Shown here piece after piece: positions 57,240 to 64,000 of a stretch of DNA of 64,000 nucleotides. A program made the translations under genes and the position numbers. The stretch spans positions 1,736,001-1,800,000 of the forward strand of contig OZ024750.1 in assembly GCA_964016885.1 (NCBI GenBank), written 5' to 3'. The DNA comes from Eledone cirrhosa (Eukaryota). The notes beneath the pieces are model-generated. The model saw only the letters and a program-made list of their open reading frames with translations, ran no database searches and was not told the origin of the DNA. Position 1 is the stretch's first letter. Every line of letters starts with the position of its first letter.

Positions 57240-58812
57240 CTTTAAAGAAATTGTAAAACTTAATATCTTGAGTGGGATCGATCGCATCTCATCTGCGTTT
57301 GAAACATTTACCTACCTTGGTGTTTACAGATCCATATTTCTGATTTCTTTATTTCTCTATTTTCCTCTCCTATTCCACCTTCTTGGAGTCCTCGTTTTAT
57401 ACTTATCCATGTTTACCTTTCTTTCCTTATTACCCTCCCCCTCTCCCTCCTCCCCTACCCCTCCTTCTCCTCCTCTTCCTCCTTCTCGTCATCACACATA
57501 ACAAAAACTGCTACAAGAAACAATGAAAATAATAATATAAGGAATGGTCGTATTTTAAACACCTATTTCATTATAATAAATAATTGTACAATACATTGTT
57601 TTGTACATTCCTCAATGTTCTTTGATTATTCTAGCTGATAATGAAAGAAACTGAAAATGGACATAGTGTTAGTCTGTAACATTCCACATCAGATAAATAT
57701 GAAAGAAAACATCTGTTTGTCCGATTCAATATGCTCTTATCATGTGAATGCTTCTCATACTTGAGAGAGAATAGATACTGTGAGTGTGATAATGTCAATC
57801 TACCAGCCTATGTAAGGAGAAACTTCCGAACAATGGTTGCCCGTCTATCAAAAGTTAACATTTTCTCGGTGGACTAATGGAATTCACGTTATTTATATTT
57901 CGTAGACACACTTTGACCTCACAGAACGTGACATGACGTCAAGATGAAAATCAAGTTTCAATGACCAGATTTACTTTCCTAAGAATCTCTTCCAGTTTAA
58001 TATCCATTAAAGGTAAACTCTATTTTGGTACTTCAGTATTTCTGGCTTACAAAAATAACATTTATTTCCACAATACAGATTGTTTTCAGAATGACCGTTA
58101 GTAAGATTTGAAACTCTGAAACCTTGCACTTCCTCTTTCCATCGATCATCTTGATTTAGTTTTATTATATGTTAAAAATATAATGTTTTCACCCATCTTA
58201 TCCAGGTCTGGTGATAATCTAAAACACACACATACACACACCGACACACTCACACACATAGACAAACACACACATATACATACACACACGTGTGCCTGTG
58301 TCGGTCTCTCTGTATGTATGTATGTTTTTGCAACAGTCAATCAAGTTTCTGGCCAGGGAGTATTTCCCTGTTGGCAGTTGCTCAACCTGCTAGAGACAGT
58401 AGCCAAACCTACTTCAAGCCATGCCCCACAGTTTTAAAGAGAAGATCAAGAGTATATATCCAAAATAAAATTGTACTATTAGTATTACAATGATCTAAAC
58501 ATTGTTGATTAGATCAGGAATAGAAGGTATTTATTTATAGAGCAGCAACACAATCACGGCTGACCTAAGGTTAGATGGACACATTGGCCAAACATTTCTC
58601 CTAAATAACTAAATTATTATTTCGGTATAATTAAATGAATATATAGAAACAGTTGTACACCTAAAACCATTTGCCAAATGATACTACGATAGTACGACAA
58701 CCTACACACTAGTCTACAAATATATTAGGAACACACGCGTATACTGAACAACATTTTCATTGAAAAATAGCTAACAAAAAAGTTTTACGATAGCGGACGT
58801 ACGGAAATTACA

Positions 58813-59555
<743 letters not shown>

Positions 59556-59801
59556 GTAGATTTGTTCAGTACATTCCTTGGTGAAAACAAAAACGTATGA
59601 AATCAGTATTCCAATATATCTGGGTTTTGAAGAACGATGTTGTGAGTAAGCTGATCAATAATTGGAGTGAATGTCGCAGCCTACGTCAATGGATCAAAGA
59701 GATTCCTTTCCTACCCGGCGGAAAAGTATTCATTTTCATGCAACCTTTCTAAATATTCATGTAAAAAAAGTCAGAGAGATGTAGTATCGAAATTTAAACA
59801 A

Positions 59802-59886
<85 letters not shown>

Positions 59887-60017
59887 TATCTGCCAGTTAA
59901 TTCCTGATCCCGCAGAGATTAAATACGATAGTAACGAAACCAATTTAAGAGAAAGCGATTCCAATATTTCAGATATTGCTGCTACCCATCGAGATTTTCA
60001 CACGCTGTCGGCTTTAC

Positions 60018-60113
60018 CTGCTTCGATCTATGACAACTGGACTTACTTATGGTCTCTCTATCATTAAGGATGTCATTTCTGTCTTCCTTAGAACTGTAAG
60101 GTTTTTCAATTGC
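60018..60113 (-). CDS. Candidate internal exon (96 nt, phase 0-0)
   Basis: ttcctccAG|AIEKPYSSKEDRNDILNDRETISKSSCHRSKQ|GTAAAG, with an alternative internal GTAAGT donor. Confidence 0.4.
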
Positions 60114-60215
60114 CTGGAGGAACTTTTATATTATGTCGATGTAGATAATGCAAGGTGCTTTAAACACATCTTACCATTTCGACGAAATGAAACAAATAAC
60201 AAAGTAATTTAACTG

Positions 60216-60399
60216 CAGACCTGTCAACTCCCAGTCGGACTGGGGAGATCTCCCAACCCAAACGGGGAGAAATGAGGCAAAATGGGGAGAGTTTACATAA
60301 TGGAAGCTATACCCTTTTTCTCAAGAGAAGACATCTCTCACCCACCCCAAAATTGGGTGGGAGATCTCCCCTCTCAGACGGGGAGAGTTGACAGGTCTG
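60216..60399. mobile_element. 184-bp MITE with 15-bp perfect TIRs
   Basis: cagacctgtcaactc at 60216-60230 and gagttgacaggtctg at 60385-60399, with the palindrome gggagatctccc near both ends. No TSD is evident. Confidence 0.7.
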
Positions 60400-60401
60400 A
60401 G

Positions 60402-60590
60402 AATAATTCTTTCTCGCATTGGCACAAGGCCAGTAATTTCGGATAAGGAAGAAGTCGATTATATTGCCCCCTGTACATTCGATCGATGTCTGAAAGATGA
60501 AATGCAAAGTTAATCTCGGCTAGATTTGAACTCAGAACATAACTAAATGTTATAAATAAATACCGCTAAGCATTTTACCCGACGTGAAAT
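60402..60590 (-). mobile_element. Diverged SINE copy
   Basis: ttggcacaaggccagtaattt...gatgaaatgcaaagttaatctcggctagatttgaactcagaac. Confidence 0.7.
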
Positions 60591-60839
60591 CTATTTAGTT
60601 GAAGTTATCTCCCTTGTCTGTTGACGTTAGCTTCTTAACATCATTAGAAGAGAGTGTTTGTCTATTAGTTACAAAGATAACCTGAGTTAATGAAAGTTTC
60701 CTGTATATTTGATAAGGTTTTAACATATCTGTGTGTATTTATTTATATTCTGTAACAATCTAGAGTTCAATAGATCGATTATATAATCTACCTAGCTTGA
60801 AATTTTCATTCTAAAATTAATACTTTTTTTTCTCTTCTT

Positions 60840-60990
60840 TAACTGCTTTTAGTCATTAGACCGCGGCCATACTGGAGACAGACTTCAACAGATTTAGACG
60901 ATTATGTCCGCACCAGTGTATATTTTCATAAGACTTGTATTTAATTTATCGATCTCTGTTTGTCAAACCACTAAGTTACGCGACGTCGAT
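60840..60990. mobile_element. Second interspersed repeat family (SINE-like), diverged
   Basis: cagtcattag.c.gcggccat.ctggag...tatcgat.tct.tttgtc.a.c.ctaagttacg is shared with 26636-26790 and a fragment at 23482-23533. Confidence 0.5.
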
Positions 60991-61611
60991 CCGCTAACGT
61001 AACTTAAAAAAAAAAATAGAAAATCGATGATATGTTTTATTGACTAATGTGTGTGTGTATGTGTGTGTGTGTGTATGTGTGTAAGTGTGTGTGTCTGTGT
61101 GTGTCTGTGTATGTCTGTGTGTGTGTCTGTGTGTGTGTCTGTGTGTGTGTCTGTGTGTGTGTGTCTGTGTGTGTCTGTGTGTGTGTCTGTGTGTGTCTGT
61201 ATGTGTGTGTCTGTGTGTGTCTGTGTGTGTGTATGTGTGTGTCTGTGTGAATCTGTGTGTGTGTCTCTGTGTCTGTGTGTGCCCGTGTGTGTGTCTGTGT
61301 GTGTGTGTCTGTGTGTGTCTGTGTGTGTGTCTGTGTGTGTGTGTGTCTGTGTGCGTCTGTGTGTGTGTCTGTGTGTGTCTGTGTGTGAGTCTATGTGTGT
61401 GTATGTGTGTGTGTATGTGTGTGTGTCTGTGTATGTCTGTGTGTGTCTGAGTGTGTGTCTGTGTGTGTATGAACAGGTGTGTGGTGTAGGGGTTATGTTT
61501 GTGCTTCAGTTTGTGTTTATGTCCCGTAACACAACCGTTCGGAAAATCGATGAAATAAGTTCTGGGCTCGAAATATTAGAGACTAAAATCCCAACAAGGG
61601 TATACCTCAAG

Positions 61612-61860
61612 ATACCCACAGCTTTAACATACCCACAGCCATACCCACAGCTTTAACATACCCACAGTCATACCCACAGCCATACCCACAGCTTTAACAT
61701 ACCCACAGTCATACCCACACCCATACCCACAGCTTTAACATACCCACAGCCATACCCACAGCCATACCCACAGCTTTAACATACCCACAGTCATACCCAC
61801 AGCCATACCCACAGCCATACCCACAGCTTCAACATACCCACAGCCACAATATACCCACAG
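61612..61860. repeat. ATACCCACAG-core minisatellite with 12- and 17-bp units
   Basis: atacccacagcc, atacccacagtc and atacccacagctttaac are interleaved. Confidence 0.9.
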
Positions 61861-62184
61861 TTTTATAAGCGGGTAGCATCATATCTTAGCAAGATACTCT
61901 GTTCCAAGCTGCTACAGTTCATACGGGTGTAAATGAGTAATAACAGGAACTGAAGGTTAGTCTTTCAGGAGGGAGTTTCTACTGTTAGTCACTAAATCAA
62001 TAGAACAGGGATGAGTTCTATGAGTTCTAGCTCTCTTCCCACATATGCAAGCATAGAATATCGGACATAAAAACAATGATTCTTTTATTATCTGAAGAAG
62101 AGAGTGATGTAGGGCGGGATATCTGCTGTGTGTGGGGGGAGGGGTCAGTGCTTTTTCCTGGCTTCTAATAGTCATCAATCTTAC

Positions 62185-62233
62185 TCTGCTCTCTGTCACT
62201 AACTCCTTCCATAATAAATAATATAGAGTCAGC
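62185..62233 (-). CDS. Candidate exon (49 nt)
   Basis: ttgtctctatatAG|...AGA|GTAAGA. It reads G+LTLYYLLWKELVTESR (phase-compatible with the 60113 exon) or, in another frame, ...MEGVSDREQ. Confidence 0.35.
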
Positions 62234-62528
62234 CTATATAGAGACAATGCTTTATAAATGATGTTGTTACAGTTAATTTTATATTTATTTAGAGCACCAT
62301 TCGTCTACCGTCGGAAGTATTAATACATTGCAGCGAGTTGTGCAGTACGTAACTAATCTAATTAAAGGGAGGGAATCATAAAATGACTAAGTACAAAACA
62401 AGGGGGGTAATCTAATATTGCTGAATAGTTTCTAAAAATAGGAAAAATGGAATATAGGTTAAACCGATAGTATGAAGATATATATATATAAAGATATATT
62501 TATATATATATACATATACATATATATA

Positions 62529-62651
<123 letters not shown>

Positions 62652-62699
62652 GGTGGCTGCCAACTCGTTTTCGAGTACGGCCACTACTTTATATCCATG

Positions 62700-63283
62700 T
62701 AGGAGAACCCCTACCGATGCGCTGAACGAGTGTGACTTTTTAGTCTAGCCAGCGACTTGAAAACTCTGGTACAAACACTACACCTGTGACAATTATTGAC
62801 ACATAGTGCTGGGCCCATGGAACCAAGTGACGACAAATGCAGAGAGATCTCCAGATATAAAGCAATGCCTGTGCCGTGAAGCTTTTATAGTGATCAAAGG
62901 TACTGCACAAAGCCAGTCCCACTCTCTTAACCAGGATGATATTTACCAAAAAGAAGAACAAGTCAACATCATTGGATACCATCAGGGTTGCAGGTGTTAT
63001 ATCAGAGTTTTCCTTCTCCTAGAATTCTACCTTGACAAAGGCTAAGGGGTCATCTCTCCCGGTGATTTTGGATGGCCATTGACTCTTAAGAGCTCAAAGG
63101 AGCTCTTAAGAGTCAATGGCCCTTTGACAGGTTTTGTTTTTAGTCCTGCAGGATGTCCATAGTCACCCGCCTCACCAAGAAACCTTGGTGGGGTTGCCAG
63201 TTTAGTCGCCAACGACCCAACCATGAGACAGGTTGTACTTGGATACATGTTACCAGTAGCACCAACTGGTGACCTGACATATG
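62700..63283 (-). mobile_element. Probable RTE-type LINE 5' region, decayed
   Basis: Moderately GC-rich. Minus strand GTTGGGTCGTTGGCGACTAAACTGGCAACCCCACC resembles RTE 5'-UTR motifs recalled from memory. No intact domain is seen and the boundaries are approximate. Confidence 0.35.
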
Positions 63284-63590
63284 CATACATACATACATAC
63301 ATACATACATACATACATACATACATACAACATCACCATCCTCCGAGAAAACAACTCTATTCTGTCTCCCGGGGTCGCGGGGTAGCCAGGGCATTGGCTC
63401 CCATTTACTCATATTAGGAGAGCGGGAGAGCCGGACGCCGTGATAGTAGGAGTTTGGTTCCTTTGTGTTCGGACCTGGTGTATATATATTTATATACCGT
63501 ACTTACACACACACATACTTCCCCTACGTATTTATTATATAGCTCTTTTCTTTGTAACATATATACAAACGCACACACATACACAAAAAG

Positions 63591-63727
<137 letters not shown>

Positions 63728-64000
63728 GTATATTTGGAAATATACCGTATGTTTAATTTAAAACATTTTGAAGACCATACGCTATCAGTTTTAAAGAAGT
63801 GACAATGTCACTTCTTTTCTTCGACCCGATGGGCTTCTGCAGTTTCTGTGTACCAAATTCTACAGATAGACAGGCTTAGAAGCAAACACTTAAGATTACA
63901 TCTATTTATGTGTCTATTTTTGATTTGATATTTCCCATCACTTAGCTAAACTTGTCAATGACCAGGACAATGCAAGCTTTGCTCTTGACCTATAATTTTG

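Overview
Very AT-rich, microsatellite-saturated animal genomic DNA with one 200-N gap (21544-21743). The repeat families look like those of octopod cephalopods (Octopus); this is recognition from memory, not a search. Almost all ORFs in the track are translations of (TA)n/(CA)n/(GA)n or triplet repeats. Supportable content: (1) many copies of a tRNA-derived SINE, several with clear TSDs; (2) a 5'-truncated, GC-rich CRE-type (RT + restriction-like endonuclease) retrotransposon with a 10-bp TSD; (3) two decayed Penelope-like (PLE) coding fragments, RTE-type LINE ends and several MITEs; (4) minisatellites, one born from a SINE; (5) four candidate exons of an unidentified minus-strand gene at 56.4-62.2 kb. 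The most interesting signal is a set of hammerhead-ribozyme motifs. One is near-intact with a long stem I (51990-52080). Others sit in short, 5'-truncated element ends that repeatedly land inside (TA)n tracts, including one copy with a twin-priming-like inversion. Several perfect foldback palindromes are also built around microsatellites.
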